IMG/VR virus record: IMGVR_UViG_3300030397_000264
Location: 1 to 41,581 of that record
DNA length: 41,581 nucleotides
From: a virus
Lineage: Duplodnaviria > Caudoviricetes
Direction: 5' to 3' (one strand)
The notes beneath the pieces are model-generated. The model had not been told where the DNA came from, did no database searches, and saw only the letters and a program-made list of their open reading frames with translations. The position numbers and the translations under genes were made by a program. This document shows positions 9,397 to 18,163 of this stretch, piece after piece (position 1 is the first letter of the stretch; every line of letters begins with the position of its first letter).

Positions 9397-10701
9397 CTAT
9401 AGGTTCGCGAGCATCGTCTTAAACGACGGCATAAACTTGTTCTGGACGTAATTCGACACCAGGTGGCAGCCCTCACTCGTCGCGTCACCATCCTGGCTCA
9501 CCGAAGGCATCCGCCAGGGCGATCCGTCCGCATTAATCAGCTCGGTCGGCGTCCAGGTCAGGCCAGGCCGGAGTGGACTACTTTGAGCGCCGGCAGCGTT
9601 GATTTCGTCCACATACGACCACTGCGCTAAAATACCATTCTCGCCGATGCGATCACACGGGTTGGCATCCCCATTCTCAGGCTCGTAAAAGTGCATCGGC
9701 ATTACTGCGATCGGGAAGTCGTGCCCTTCTTCGTCAGCAATCTGGTGCATCTCGCCGAGGATGTTTCGCACCAGGTCGATTTCGCTATAGATCGATGAGC
9801 CACTCGAATCCGGAGGCAGCGACCTGGCTACGTCAGCCCACCGAGCGCCTGGCCGGTTCATGCCCTGGAAATCCCAGCGCTGGCACACCATGTAGATCGC
9901 CAGATCCGTTTGCCCATTGATGTCACCCCGGTATTTATTCCAGATCTGCTTGTGCGCCTCATCCTCGCCGTAGCTCACGATCGTTTTCCCACTCTGGCCT
10001 CCTGCCGAGTTCAAATTCAAATCCGGATCGCCCGACCCATGATTGAGGATGTTATCCGTGTTCGAGCAGCCAATTATAACCACATTGGTAATATCACCAA
10101 TGGGCGGAGTCAGCGATACAGTCACCGGAGCAGAGTGCGTATCCGTGAGGCCCTCATCATCCGTGACGGTCAGCTCGACCGTAAACGTTCCTTCGCCGGC
10201 ATAGGTGTGCTGTGGATTCTGGTCGCTCGAGCCGGCTCCATCACCAAAGATCCAATCCCAGGACTCGATCGTGCCATCATCGGTCGACGCGTCGGTGAAA
10301 AATGCAGTTAGCTCATTAGTGGTAAACGTAAAGTTGGCATTTGGCGCTACCGGGCCTCCCCCTCCCCCAGGCCATTCGTCCAGGTGCCCTTCCTCGACGA
10401 CGCCAGATTGACCATTCGAGAAGTCTACCTGCGCCCAGCCATCTTTCGACCTGGTTACTTCGCCTGTGGTGCCCTGGGGAACTGTCTCGCCGGTTTGCGT
10501 CCCATTCGGCCTGTCGTAGAGCGGTGCGTCCTGGTTGGTGATGACCGAGTCCCCAACGGGAATGCGCAGCGCCTCGATGTCGCCAGGCGCTTCGGCCACA
10601 ATGGAGTCAGGGCCTCCGCGGTAGCCTTCGCCTGTGCTGTTCGCGCACGCCGTGATTGCTAAGAATAAGAAGATTGTGGGTCCAATTAATCGTTGGATCA
10701 T
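9397..10701 (-). CDS. Lipoprotein with SH3b-like, PKD and putative SGNH-hydrolase domains
   Basis: Signal MIQRLIGPTIFLFLAITA-C (lipobox); GWAQVDFSNGQSG SH3-like; WDWIFGDG...PQHTY...TVELTVTD PKD; IIGCSNT and EGCH resemble SGNH blocks I and V. Confidence 0.75.
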   Translation of the reverse strand: MIQRLIGPTIFLFLAITACANSTGEGYRGGPDSIVAEAPGDIEALRIPVGDSVITNQDAPLYDRPNGTQTGETVPQGTTGEVTRSKDGWAQVDFSNGQSGVVEEGHLDEWPGGGGGPVAPNANFTFTTNELTAFFTDASTDDGTIESWDWIFGDGAGSSDQNPQHTYAGEGTFTVELTVTDDEGLTDTHSAPVTVSLTPPIGDITNVVIIGCSNTDNILNHGSGDPDLNLNSAGGQSGKTIVSYGEDEAHKQIWNKYRGDINGQTDLAIYMVCQRWDFQGMNRPGARWADVARSLPPDSSGSSIYSEIDLVRNILGEMHQIADEEGHDFPIAVMPMHFYEPENGDANPCDRIGENGILAQWSYVDEINAAGAQSSPLRPGLTWTPTELINADGSPWRMPSVSQDGDATSEGCHLVSNYVQNKFMPSFKTMLANL

Positions 10702-10835
10702 GTGGTTTTGTCCGCTAGATAAGTGCAAAAAAAGTGGGAAAACGGGCATGCCAGGACCTGGCAACGCGCATTTTCCCTGTCGGAATCGTCTGCGAGCACT
10801 ATGACCTGGCTCGCCTGCGTGAGATATGAAAATAC

Positions 10836-10882
10836 GAAAGCGCCTCTTCGAGTTCCAAAGTCGAACCCGGAGAGGCGCTTTC
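10836..10882 (-). terminator. Long hairpin in the leader of the leftward operon (terminator/attenuator-like)
   Basis: GAAAGCGCCTCT (10836-10847) pairs with AGAGGCGCTTTC (10871-10882); extends to about 20 bp on the minus strand and is followed by GTATTTT. Confidence 0.55.
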
Positions 10883-11010
10883 TGGTGCCGGCGTGCCCAT
10901 GGAGCTGTGCTGCCGGCGACCCACCCTAGTATTGCTGCACCCTTCAGTTGCAGCTACCACCAATACTATATACCGATTTTCCGGATAAAAGGGATCACGG
11001 TGTTAAGATC

Positions 11011-11075
11011 GTAACATTAATGTTACATTGTTAACACTATATCCTTGAACTTATGTTAACTAATTAACGTATATT
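11011..11075 (+). promoter_or_regulatory. Early promoter/operator region of the divergent control locus
   Basis: AT-rich; perfect palindrome GTAACATTAATGTTAC (11011-11026); TGTTAAC boxes; 29-bp element 11047-11075 repeated at 18734-18762. Confidence 0.7.
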
Positions 11076-11099
11076 GGGTGTAATTAACATGGAGACGTC

Positions 11100-11390
11100 A
11101 TGATTTACCAACGACACCCCGATCAAAAGAACCTCGTCGCGGTCAACGTCCGCAGCGAGCAGTTCGAGGGCCAGGATTACCTGGTCATCCGCGCTGGGCA
11201 CTACTTCGATGGGAGAGGGCCTATTCTCGATCGGATACTCGAAAGCTCGACCGACTCGACCATGTTTATCATCCGCGACTTCGTAGAAACGAGCGAAGGC
11301 TCGGTCGGCCAGGTCGCTGCGCAGTTCGTGCGCGGCTTCACGGTCATCGGATACGTCGACGCTTCACTTTTAACCCAGGTGATTTTATGA
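11100..11390 (+). CDS. Hypothetical early protein
   Basis: GGAG RBS; first ORF after the promoter; ATGA overlap with the next ORF. Confidence 0.7.
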   Translation: MIYQRHPDQKNLVAVNVRSEQFEGQDYLVIRAGHYFDGRGPILDRILESSTDSTMFIIRDFVETSEGSVGQVAAQFVRGFTVIGYVDASLLTQVIL

Positions 11391-11704
11391 ACCTAGTTCC
11401 AACCGACTCCAAAGACGCTCTGCTTCCACGCGTGCGCATCATGCGAGCTTTCGCCGGCTATTGGGGCATCAGCGCCAAGGCGATCGCCGAGCGAGCAGGC
11501 AAAACACCACAGAGCGTCTCCCGGATGTGGAATGAACACGACGAAGGCGTCACGCTCCCACTCGTATGGGCATGCAACGACGCGCTGCTCGATCTCATTG
11601 GCGAGGCGATGGTCGAAGCCGGCACAAAAACGCCGGAGGACCTCCCGCTCTCGCTTTACTCTAACGCGCTGACCGTAGAGCGCCTGATCATCAAGGAGGG
11701 ATAA
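11387..11704 (+). CDS. XRE/Cro-like HTH transcriptional regulator
   Basis: ISAKAIAERAGKTPQSVSRMWN helix-turn-helix. Confidence 0.7.
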   Translation: MNLVPTDSKDALLPRVRIMRAFAGYWGISAKAIAERAGKTPQSVSRMWNEHDEGVTLPLVWACNDALLDLIGEAMVEAGTKTPEDLPLSLYSNALTVERLIIKEG

Positions 11705-11705
11705 T

Positions 11706-12749
11706 ATGCCAGAAACTGGATTGGCACTCAAAACCGAAACCGGCCTGCAGACAGCAGAACATTCGCCGGCAATCACCGAGCGCCTGGCGCGACTCGAGGT
11801 AATCCAGGCCCAGCGCCACTTCCTCGAGCACGTCAAGGCCATGATGGTGAAGGGCACGCACTTTGACAAGATCCCAGGCGTCGAGAAGGATACGCTGAAA
11901 CTGGAAGGCGCAGAGCTTCTTGGGACGTCATTCGAACTGGTCGCCACGCCCGAAGTATCGATGACCGAGATTGTGATGGAGGGAATTCCAGCCGGGCACC
12001 GTGAATACCAGGTCAAAACGCTGCTGCACCACGTGGAGACTGGAATATTCGTGGGCGCAGGCTTCGGCAGCTGCTCAACGCTCGAGTCGAAGTATCGATG
12101 GCGCTATGGCGACTCGGAATCGTCAGGCATCCCGGTCCCCAGGGACTACTGGAAGAAGCGCGACATCGAGATCCTAAAAGCTGCAGCGCCACACTTCAAA
12201 AAGCCCAGGGCAACCAAGATCGACGGCCAGTGGGAAGTTGTCGAAGGCGTGAGGATGGAAAACCCGGACATCGCTGACTCATGGCACACCGTGCTTATGA
12301 TGGCTCAGAAGCGCTCCTACGTCAAGGCAATCCGGACTGCCACCGGCGCGAGCATCTATTTCACGCAGGATGTTGAGGACATGCCGCAGTTCCAGCGTGA
12401 GCAGCCACAGGACGCGCAGGCTGAGGTCATCGACGATAACGCCCAGGCCCAGGCCACACAGCCAGCGGCAGCGACACAGGCGAAAGCTAACGGCAATGGC
12501 GCGAAGGTCCCGAAATCAGCGAAAGCCTACTCCGAGGCCAAGGATCGCCTCGTCGAGAAGATCTCATCGCTACTTGAGGACTTCGGCACCGGCCAGATCC
12601 AAATGGCTGAACTCGATAAGTGGCACGGCCAGGCTAAAGATTGGATCTTGAAGTGGGGAGCCAAAAAGCATCGCGATGAAGCCCTGGCGCTTCTTTCTGG
12701 CATGATGGGCACGGTCGCTGAGATGACCGGAAACGCATACCCGAAATGA
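11706..12749 (+). CDS. Putative single-strand annealing / recombination protein
   Basis: Conserved phage family motifs HFDKIPG...TLKLEGAE, GSCSTLESKYR and TVLMMAQKRSYV...FTQDVED; low-complexity linker; strong RBS. Confidence 0.55.
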   Translation: MPETGLALKTETGLQTAEHSPAITERLARLEVIQAQRHFLEHVKAMMVKGTHFDKIPGVEKDTLKLEGAELLGTSFELVATPEVSMTEIVMEGIPAGHREYQVKTLLHHVETGIFVGAGFGSCSTLESKYRWRYGDSESSGIPVPRDYWKKRDIEILKAAAPHFKKPRATKIDGQWEVVEGVRMENPDIADSWHTVLMMAQKRSYVKAIRTATGASIYFTQDVEDMPQFQREQPQDAQAEVIDDNAQAQATQPAAATQAKANGNGAKVPKSAKAYSEAKDRLVEKISSLLEDFGTGQIQMAELDKWHGQAKDWILKWGAKKHRDEALALLSGMMGTVAEMTGNAYPK

Positions 12750-12780
12750 TGAGTGGATTGTTCGATGCGAATTTCTTAAC

Positions 12781-12824
12781 GTGTAAAGCCCGGCTCACGG
12801 TGAGTACGAAGCCGGGCTTTACAC
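12781..12824. terminator. Perfect 15-bp inverted repeat upstream of the replication gene
   Basis: GTGTAAAGCCCGGCT (12781-12795) pairs with AGCCGGGCTTTACAC (12810-12824). Confidence 0.5.
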
Positions 12825-12885
12825 TGAAACTGGAGTGGCACATGCTCAACTTGTGCCGCAGCATAAATACCAGATAGGAAGCTTT

Positions 12886-13773
12886 ATGCGCATATTTGAA
12901 GATAGCGAATTCCGCTCGTATCTGCAAAGTTCCCTGGACTCCAAGGTGGGCTTCGAGCAGTTCTCGAAAGATGAGCGGGAGATCGACTGGAAGCTCGCGT
13001 ACGAGGCAGGCATATCCCGGACCAGGCGCGAGTGGGCAAAGCGCTGGCAAGTAGCCATCGCGACCGCTCAGAAGACCCACAAAGAGATGGAGCAGCTGGT
13101 CATCGGACTCGCTGGCCAGGCCATCATCGACGCCCAGGATACGCACCCACCCATACGCGACGAGGCGAACGTCAAATCGAACGCCAAACCGAACAAAGAA
13201 TCGGCTCAAACGGCACCAAAAACGCAGGATTCTGCGAATCAAGTGAACGCTCAGGTGAACGCCAAAGTGAACACCGACCAGGCCGGGCAACAAGAATCGC
13301 GCACGCATGCACACACGCACGCGCAGCTTCGGACTAAAGGCTCAGGTATATTAGATTCCCCGACTACGTCGGGTGCAGAGCACGACTTCGACGGCGATTC
13401 CTGGATTGACTCCGGGCAGGGTGATCCTTTCAACGTCGACCACGTCGCCGGCAAGGTCCAGGCCCTGGTAAACCAGAACGATCGATTGCTACCGGCGCTC
13501 GAGGCTGCCGGCGTAACGATCGAGGAGCTGGCCTTCGACATATTTTGCTTCTACGGCAAACTCGGTGGCTTCACCGCGACGGGCCAGGCCATCACGAAGA
13601 AGAATCTCTACTTCGTAGTCGCCTCGGGCTGGATCACACCCAAGCTAAGACGGATCGCGAAGGGTGAAAGCCCAGCGAGCGTTTTCCAACCAACCTATAG
13701 GATGAAAAATCATGGAGCAGAACAACCAGGCAATCTCGCAGACGATATCCGCGCTGCCTTTGCCACGAATTGA
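12886..13773 (+). CDS. Putative replication initiator (N-terminal HTH, repeat-containing linker); alternative start GTG 12835
   Basis: SRTRREWAKRWQVAIATAQK HTH; internal 12-bp direct repeats; lies after the recombination gene, as lambda O-type initiators do. Confidence 0.55.
   Translation: MRIFEDSEFRSYLQSSLDSKVGFEQFSKDEREIDWKLAYEAGISRTRREWAKRWQVAIATAQKTHKEMEQLVIGLAGQAIIDAQDTHPPIRDEANVKSNAKPNKESAQTAPKTQDSANQVNAQVNAKVNTDQAGQQESRTHAHTHAQLRTKGSGILDSPTTSGAEHDFDGDSWIDSGQGDPFNVDHVAGKVQALVNQNDRLLPALEAAGVTIEELAFDIFCFYGKLGGFTATGQAITKKNLYFVVASGWITPKLRRIAKGESPASVFQPTYRMKNHGAEQPGNLADDIRAAFATN
13162..13275 (+). repeat. Iteron-like 12-bp direct repeats (candidate origin)
   Basis: GAGGCGAACGTC/AAATCGAACGCC/AAACCGAACAAA (13162-13197) and CAAGTGAACGCT/CAGGTGAACGCC/AAAGTGAACACC (13240-13275). 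Confidence 0.55.
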
Positions 13774-14311
13774 TGCGATCGCGGAGTGGGAAACTCCGAT
13801 CGCCCTCGAGCAGCTGCAGCACTGGATGACAGCGCTCGTTCCCTTCTACAACCAGTCGATGCCGACCGTGGGCCTGGCCGACGCTGCCAGGGCAACCGCG
13901 GAAGCGCTGCAGGCAGCTGGCTATACGAGCGCCGAGGTCCGGTTTGCCTTCCGCAGGATGTGGAGCGACAAAACGATCGTGTGGATCTTCGCCAAGAATA
14001 GCCCACTCAATCCCGGCGTCTTCATCCCGCACATCGAGGAGCTGCGCGGCATGCAGCATGCGCTCCTTTTCGACATGAGGCACGAGATGGTGATGAGGCT
14101 ATGCCGGCAGTTCCCAAGCGATCTGCACCCGCACGACTTCGGGCCTGGCAACTTCGGCACCGGACGCGATAGCCACACGCGCCTTTATCGCTACAAGAAG
14201 CAGCACCTTTTACGGGAGGCCTCCCGTAACTCAAAGCGCCTGGCAGCTCCCCAGGGTGCCATACCAATCAGGCAGCTCGTCGCAGCGTACGCGACCGGAG
14301 GCAACGAATGA
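13712..14311 (+). CDS. Hypothetical protein, possible helicase loader
   Basis: Overlaps the end of the initiator gene; function inferred from position only. Confidence 0.5.
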   Translation: MEQNNQAISQTISALPLPRIDAIAEWETPIALEQLQHWMTALVPFYNQSMPTVGLADAARATAEALQAAGYTSAEVRFAFRRMWSDKTIVWIFAKNSPLNPGVFIPHIEELRGMQHALLFDMRHEMVMRLCRQFPSDLHPHDFGPGNFGTGRDSHTRLYRYKKQHLLREASRNSKRLAAPQGAIPIRQLVAAYATGGNE

Positions 14312-14913
14312 GCTTCCCAATCCCCAAGATCCTGACGCATCCCAACATCCCGAAACCGCTGCACGGGGTGAATCCCAGGAGCGTCCTGGGCGATCTCTGG
14401 TGGGATCATCACCGGAAGGAGGCATACGCAAAACACGACGACCGCTGCTGGGCCTGCGGCATCCACAAGAAACGCGCGGACTGGCACCAGTGGCTCGAAG
14501 GCCACGAGTTCTACGACATAAATTATTCTGCCGGCACGGTTGAGCTGGTCGAGATCGTAGCGCTCTGCCATAGCTGCCACAACTTCATCCACTCTGGCCG
14601 GCTGTGGGCGCTCCTCGAGAAGGGAGAAATATCCGAGTTCAAGTGGCACGTGATCATGAAACGCGGCATCGAGATCTGCAAGCATGCCGGCATTAGGCCC
14701 TGGTGGGGATCGCTCATGTTCTGGTATATGGGCACACGCCAGGTGGCCAGCGAGAGCGCAGCCATCGAACGGGCCTGCATGGAGGGCACCGTCTACCACA
14801 ACGAGAACAAGTTCGCTCCCTGGAATCAGTGGCGACTCATCATCGATGGGGACGAGTATTATTCAAAATTTGCATCCCAACTCGAATGGGATAAACACTA
14901 CAACGGAGGTTGA
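14308..14913 (+). CDS. HNH-family endonuclease-like protein
   Basis: RCWACG...LEGHE...VALCHSCHNFIH Zn/HNH motifs; GGAGG RBS. Confidence 0.8.
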   Translation: MSFPIPKILTHPNIPKPLHGVNPRSVLGDLWWDHHRKEAYAKHDDRCWACGIHKKRADWHQWLEGHEFYDINYSAGTVELVEIVALCHSCHNFIHSGRLWALLEKGEISEFKWHVIMKRGIEICKHAGIRPWWGSLMFWYMGTRQVASESAAIERACMEGTVYHNENKFAPWNQWRLIIDGDEYYSKFASQLEWDKHYNGG

Positions 14914-14914
14914 C

Positions 14915-15475
14915 ATGACACCGCAAGAGTACGAGATCCAGCAGGGCTTTTGGAAGCAGACGTATACGGGCCTGACTTACACGCCCAGGCATCCGCACCC
15001 GGATCAAATCTGCATCGAGGACATCGCTCATTCCCTTTCAATGATCTGCCGCTTTAACGGTCACACGAAGGAATTCTACTCGGTCGCCGAGCACTGCTTT
15101 TGGGTAGCAGCGATGATCGACGAAAACGAGCTCTGCCTCGAGGCGCTGCTCCATGACGCATCCGAAGCATACCTTTGCGACATCTCCAGGCCCATCAAAC
15201 CGCTGCTCGAGGGCTACAAGGATTATGAGTTGATAACGATGCAGGCGATCTGGCACCACTTCGGCCTGGGCATCTACAAAGCCCGGCGCGAGATCAAAGC
15301 CGTCGACTACCGGATGCTGGAAACCGAGCGCCTGCAGCTCATGGCCGAGCCTCCCGTCAAATGGGACACGTCAACGGTCAAGCCTTATACGATCCAGCTC
15401 TATTGCTGGGACCCGGCGACTGCCAAGGAGATGTTCCTGCAGGCTTTTGAAGACTACAAACCACTGGTGGCATGA
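14915..15475 (+). CDS. HD-domain phosphohydrolase (YfdR/YfbR-like 5'-deoxynucleotidase)
   Basis: IEDIAHSLS..CRFNGH...YSVAEHC...ALLHDASEAY; GGAGG RBS before ATG 14915. Confidence 0.88.
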   Translation: MTPQEYEIQQGFWKQTYTGLTYTPRHPHPDQICIEDIAHSLSMICRFNGHTKEFYSVAEHCFWVAAMIDENELCLEALLHDASEAYLCDISRPIKPLLEGYKDYELITMQAIWHHFGLGIYKARREIKAVDYRMLETERLQLMAEPPVKWDTSTVKPYTIQLYCWDPATAKEMFLQAFEDYKPLVA

Positions 15476-15476
15476 C

Positions 15477-15914
15477 ATGGCTGAACATCACGAACAAGCT
15501 GCTTTCATCAAATGGTGCCTACTCCAGAGCTGCACCATACCTGGCCTGGCTGCGGTATACGCCATCCCGAACGCCCAGGGTGGGAAAATGAGAAGAGGCG
15601 CTGCAGGTAGGCGCGTCGGAGAGGGACTCCGTAAAGGCTTCCCGGACGTGGGCATTCCTTGCCAGACACCTGAGTACGGTGCCCTTTTTATCGAATTTAA
15701 GTTTGAGGATGGGAAGCTCCGGCCTGAGCAGCGGGAGTGGATCATACTACTGCGGAGCCTGGGCAACCGTGTCGAGGTCTGCTACTCATGCGAATGGGCC
15801 ATCCACGTAACCACCAGGTATTTCAAAGGGACCCTGCCGGAGTATGACAACATCAATGAGATAAATCCTTGGAAGGATGCCCTGGGCACCAGGTTCGTAT
15901 CGAGGCACGGATGA
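15477..15914 (+). CDS. VRR-NUC domain nuclease (possible Holliday junction resolvase)
   Basis: EHHEQ...YAIPN...GLRKGFPD...LFIEFK...LRPEQREW. Confidence 0.85.
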   Translation: MAEHHEQAAFIKWCLLQSCTIPGLAAVYAIPNAQGGKMRRGAAGRRVGEGLRKGFPDVGIPCQTPEYGALFIEFKFEDGKLRPEQREWIILLRSLGNRVEVCYSCEWAIHVTTRYFKGTLPEYDNINEINPWKDALGTRFVSRHG

Positions 15915-16765
15915 TGGAAATCAGACGCCCAGCACTCAGATACCACGGAGGCAAATGGCGACTCCGGAAGTGGGTAATCCAGCATCTCCCAGCGCACCAG
16001 CATTACGTCGAGGTCTATGGCGGAGCCGGCTCAGTGCTCATCGCAAAGGGCAGATCGAACCTCGAAACCTACAACGATATCAATGGCGAGGTCGTTAACT
16101 TCTTCCGGATTTTGCGCGAGCGCCCACAGGCATTGATTGACCAGCTGCAGCTGACGCCCTGGGCACGAGAAGAGCTCGAATATTGCCGGCTTCCTATACC
16201 CGAGAACCACCCGGACCCGGACCTGGAGAGGGCAAGGCGCCTCTTCGCTGAATCGTGGATGGGACGCGGAAAAGCGACGTCCACCATGTCAAACGGCTGG
16301 CGCTACGAGAAGAGCACGCTCCGAGGCTCCAGGAACTGCGCCGAGTTCTCAACGCTCGATCGCCTCCATCAAATTTCCGGCCGCTTTCAAGGAGTCCAGA
16401 TTGAATGCACCGAAGCGCTGGCCCTTATAGAGCGGTTTGATTCGCCCGAGACGCTCTTCTACCTGGACCCACCTTATTTGCCCGAGACCAGGTCCCGGCG
16501 CTGGCGTGCGAGCGCCTACGCGCACGAGATGAGCTTCTACGACCACGCCAGGCTCCTTTATCGGCTCCGGTCGATCCAGGGCATGGCCGTCATCTCGGGC
16601 TACCCGTCAGCCCTCTACGATCGCTTCCTGGAGGGATGGCACCAGGTGCAGTGCCAAAGTGCAACCGAGGGCTGGGGCCTGACCAGCGCGAAAAAGCTCG
16701 AGTGCCTATGGCTCTGCCCGAAATCGCAAACTCGTATCTCCATTCAAACATCGCTAACCTTATGA
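15911..16765 (+). CDS. dam: DNA adenine methyltransferase (Dam/D12 class)
   Basis: YHGGKWRL, YVEVYGGAGSV, YNDING, FYLDPPY and ISGY motifs. Confidence 0.9.
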   Translation: MMEIRRPALRYHGGKWRLRKWVIQHLPAHQHYVEVYGGAGSVLIAKGRSNLETYNDINGEVVNFFRILRERPQALIDQLQLTPWAREELEYCRLPIPENHPDPDLERARRLFAESWMGRGKATSTMSNGWRYEKSTLRGSRNCAEFSTLDRLHQISGRFQGVQIECTEALALIERFDSPETLFYLDPPYLPETRSRRWRASAYAHEMSFYDHARLLYRLRSIQGMAVISGYPSALYDRFLEGWHQVQCQSATEGWGLTSAKKLECLWLCPKSQTRISIQTSLTL

Positions 16766-17283
16766 AAGAACCAATTTCAACCCTGACCAGCGCAGCCTAC
16801 ATCGCTGCCGGCGTCGCGATCGCACTCCAGGACCCAGCGTCCGAACTCCTCATCTTATCGATGTGGTGCCTGGGCATCTTCTCTGGCGTATTTCACGCCG
16901 ATAGCAGTCAGCACGGCACGCCGGCACACCGAGCGGATGAGGGAGCCATCTACGTAGTCCTGGGCACCTTCTTCTGGATCACATGGAATAGCGACCTGGC
17001 CGTGTTTGGGCTGGTTGCCATCTTCATTTCGGTCGCCATGCTCCGGCTCAAGGATATCGACCTGTTCCTAGTCACGCCGATCGCTGTGGGCTTCATACTC
17101 CTGGGATTATTCCTGCGAGTGGGCCTGCTCTGGTTTACCTACGTCGCACTCCTGGCCGTTGCAGCCATGGCAATCCGGACAATAAAACGCCGGCACCAAC
17201 CCGACTGGCTGCACGGACTCTGGCATCTACTCTCAGCTGGTGCGCTATACCTGACCTGGCACGCCATGCACTTTCACTCCTAA
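16762..17283 (+). CDS. 7-TM CREST-superfamily membrane hydrolase (alkaline ceramidase / hemolysin III-like)
   Basis: Seven hydrophobic segments; EPISTLTS N-terminal motif, SGVFH (SxxxH), Asp before TM3 (RAD), HGLWH (HxxxH). Confidence 0.75.
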   Translation: MKEPISTLTSAAYIAAGVAIALQDPASELLILSMWCLGIFSGVFHADSSQHGTPAHRADEGAIYVVLGTFFWITWNSDLAVFGLVAIFISVAMLRLKDIDLFLVTPIAVGFILLGLFLRVGLLWFTYVALLAVAAMAIRTIKRRHQPDWLHGLWHLLSAGALYLTWHAMHFHS

Positions 17284-17295
17284 ATCCTCAAGCAC

Positions 17296-17688
17296 ATGGA
17301 ATATAAAGATTATGGACCCGTCTACATCCAACCTGGCCGATATGGGAATCAGCGCCTGGCGCTCGAACTCTACGGTGAAGACGGCGCTGAACTCGCAGGC
17401 CATTGCATCTCAAAAGTAACGGTGAACATCCCGCACGAGCCACTTGGTGCCTACGAGATCTTCGTGATGGATTGGGAAGCCTGGTCGGACCTTCCACGCT
17501 GGCTAGAGCAGCACGGCGTCGCCCAGCGCACCGGCAGGCTCATACGCGACTCCAAGGGCTACGACGGCACCGTCATGCGCCTGCTCTGGACCGACCTCGA
17601 GGACGAAACGCCACTGGCCAGCGAAGAGGCCATCTTATCCAAGGAAGCGCTCATGGAAAACCTGTTCAAAGGCGCGAGGAAGCTATGA
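17296..17688 (+). CDS. Hypothetical protein (DUF4313-like)
   Basis: Y.NQRLALEL...VTVNI...WLEQHGVAQRTG pattern. Confidence 0.55.
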   Translation: MEYKDYGPVYIQPGRYGNQRLALELYGEDGAELAGHCISKVTVNIPHEPLGAYEIFVMDWEAWSDLPRWLEQHGVAQRTGRLIRDSKGYDGTVMRLLWTDLEDETPLASEEAILSKEALMENLFKGARKL

Positions 17689-17897
17689 TTGAGAGCGGTT
17701 ATTATTGGATTCGGATTACGGAGGGCTGGCGCATCGTCGAGGTCGACGGCGACTTCTACTACTCGATGGGCGATCGCGTGAAGACGAGTATCAAGAGGCT
17801 CCACGGGTGCGAGCTGGTGGGGCCATTACAAGAGCCGGTTGAGCGCCGGTTTACCTATCATCATCCCGTTGTTAAATACGAAGAGGCAGCAGCATGA
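17685..17897 (+). CDS. Hypothetical protein
   Basis: MIESGYYWIR...; ATGA overlaps on both sides. Confidence 0.6.
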   Translation: MIESGYYWIRITEGWRIVEVDGDFYYSMGDRVKTSIKRLHGCELVGPLQEPVERRFTYHHPVVKYEEAAA

Positions 17898-18163
17898 GAA
17901 CTTTTCTTTACACTGCGACACCGCGGCCTGGATCAAAGGCTGCAGACGACGACATCCCAGGCATAACGCAAGCAAACGTGCGAGAATTAGCATCATTTCT
18001 TGAAAGCCTGGTTCACGAGACGTGGGGGCAATGGATCATCTCTGCTTTCGACAGCGAACAGCAAGGATCTCGGGTAGCAATAATCCCTGGCGATCTATGG
18101 TTCTCTGTCTTCACTTCTGGTGCGCTGCATCGCCAACGAAACCTGATGGGAGAGAAGCAATGA
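17894..18163 (+). CDS. Hypothetical protein
   Basis: 89-aa ORF, translationally coupled. Confidence 0.6.
   Translation: MRTFLYTATPRPGSKAADDDIPGITQANVRELASFLESLVHETWGQWIISAFDSEQQGSRVAIIPGDLWFSVFTSGALHRQRNLMGEKQ

Noticed and set aside
11034-11061. Possible dif/Xer site (TTATGTTAACT resembles the XerD arm)
   Set aside because: No XerC-like arm ending in ATAA at 6-bp spacing; the sequence is better explained as part of the repeated promoter element
14915-15475. DatZ of a Z-genome (2-aminoadenine) pathway
   Set aside because: No PurZ, MazZ or phage polymerase; the HD protein fits the common YfdR-like family
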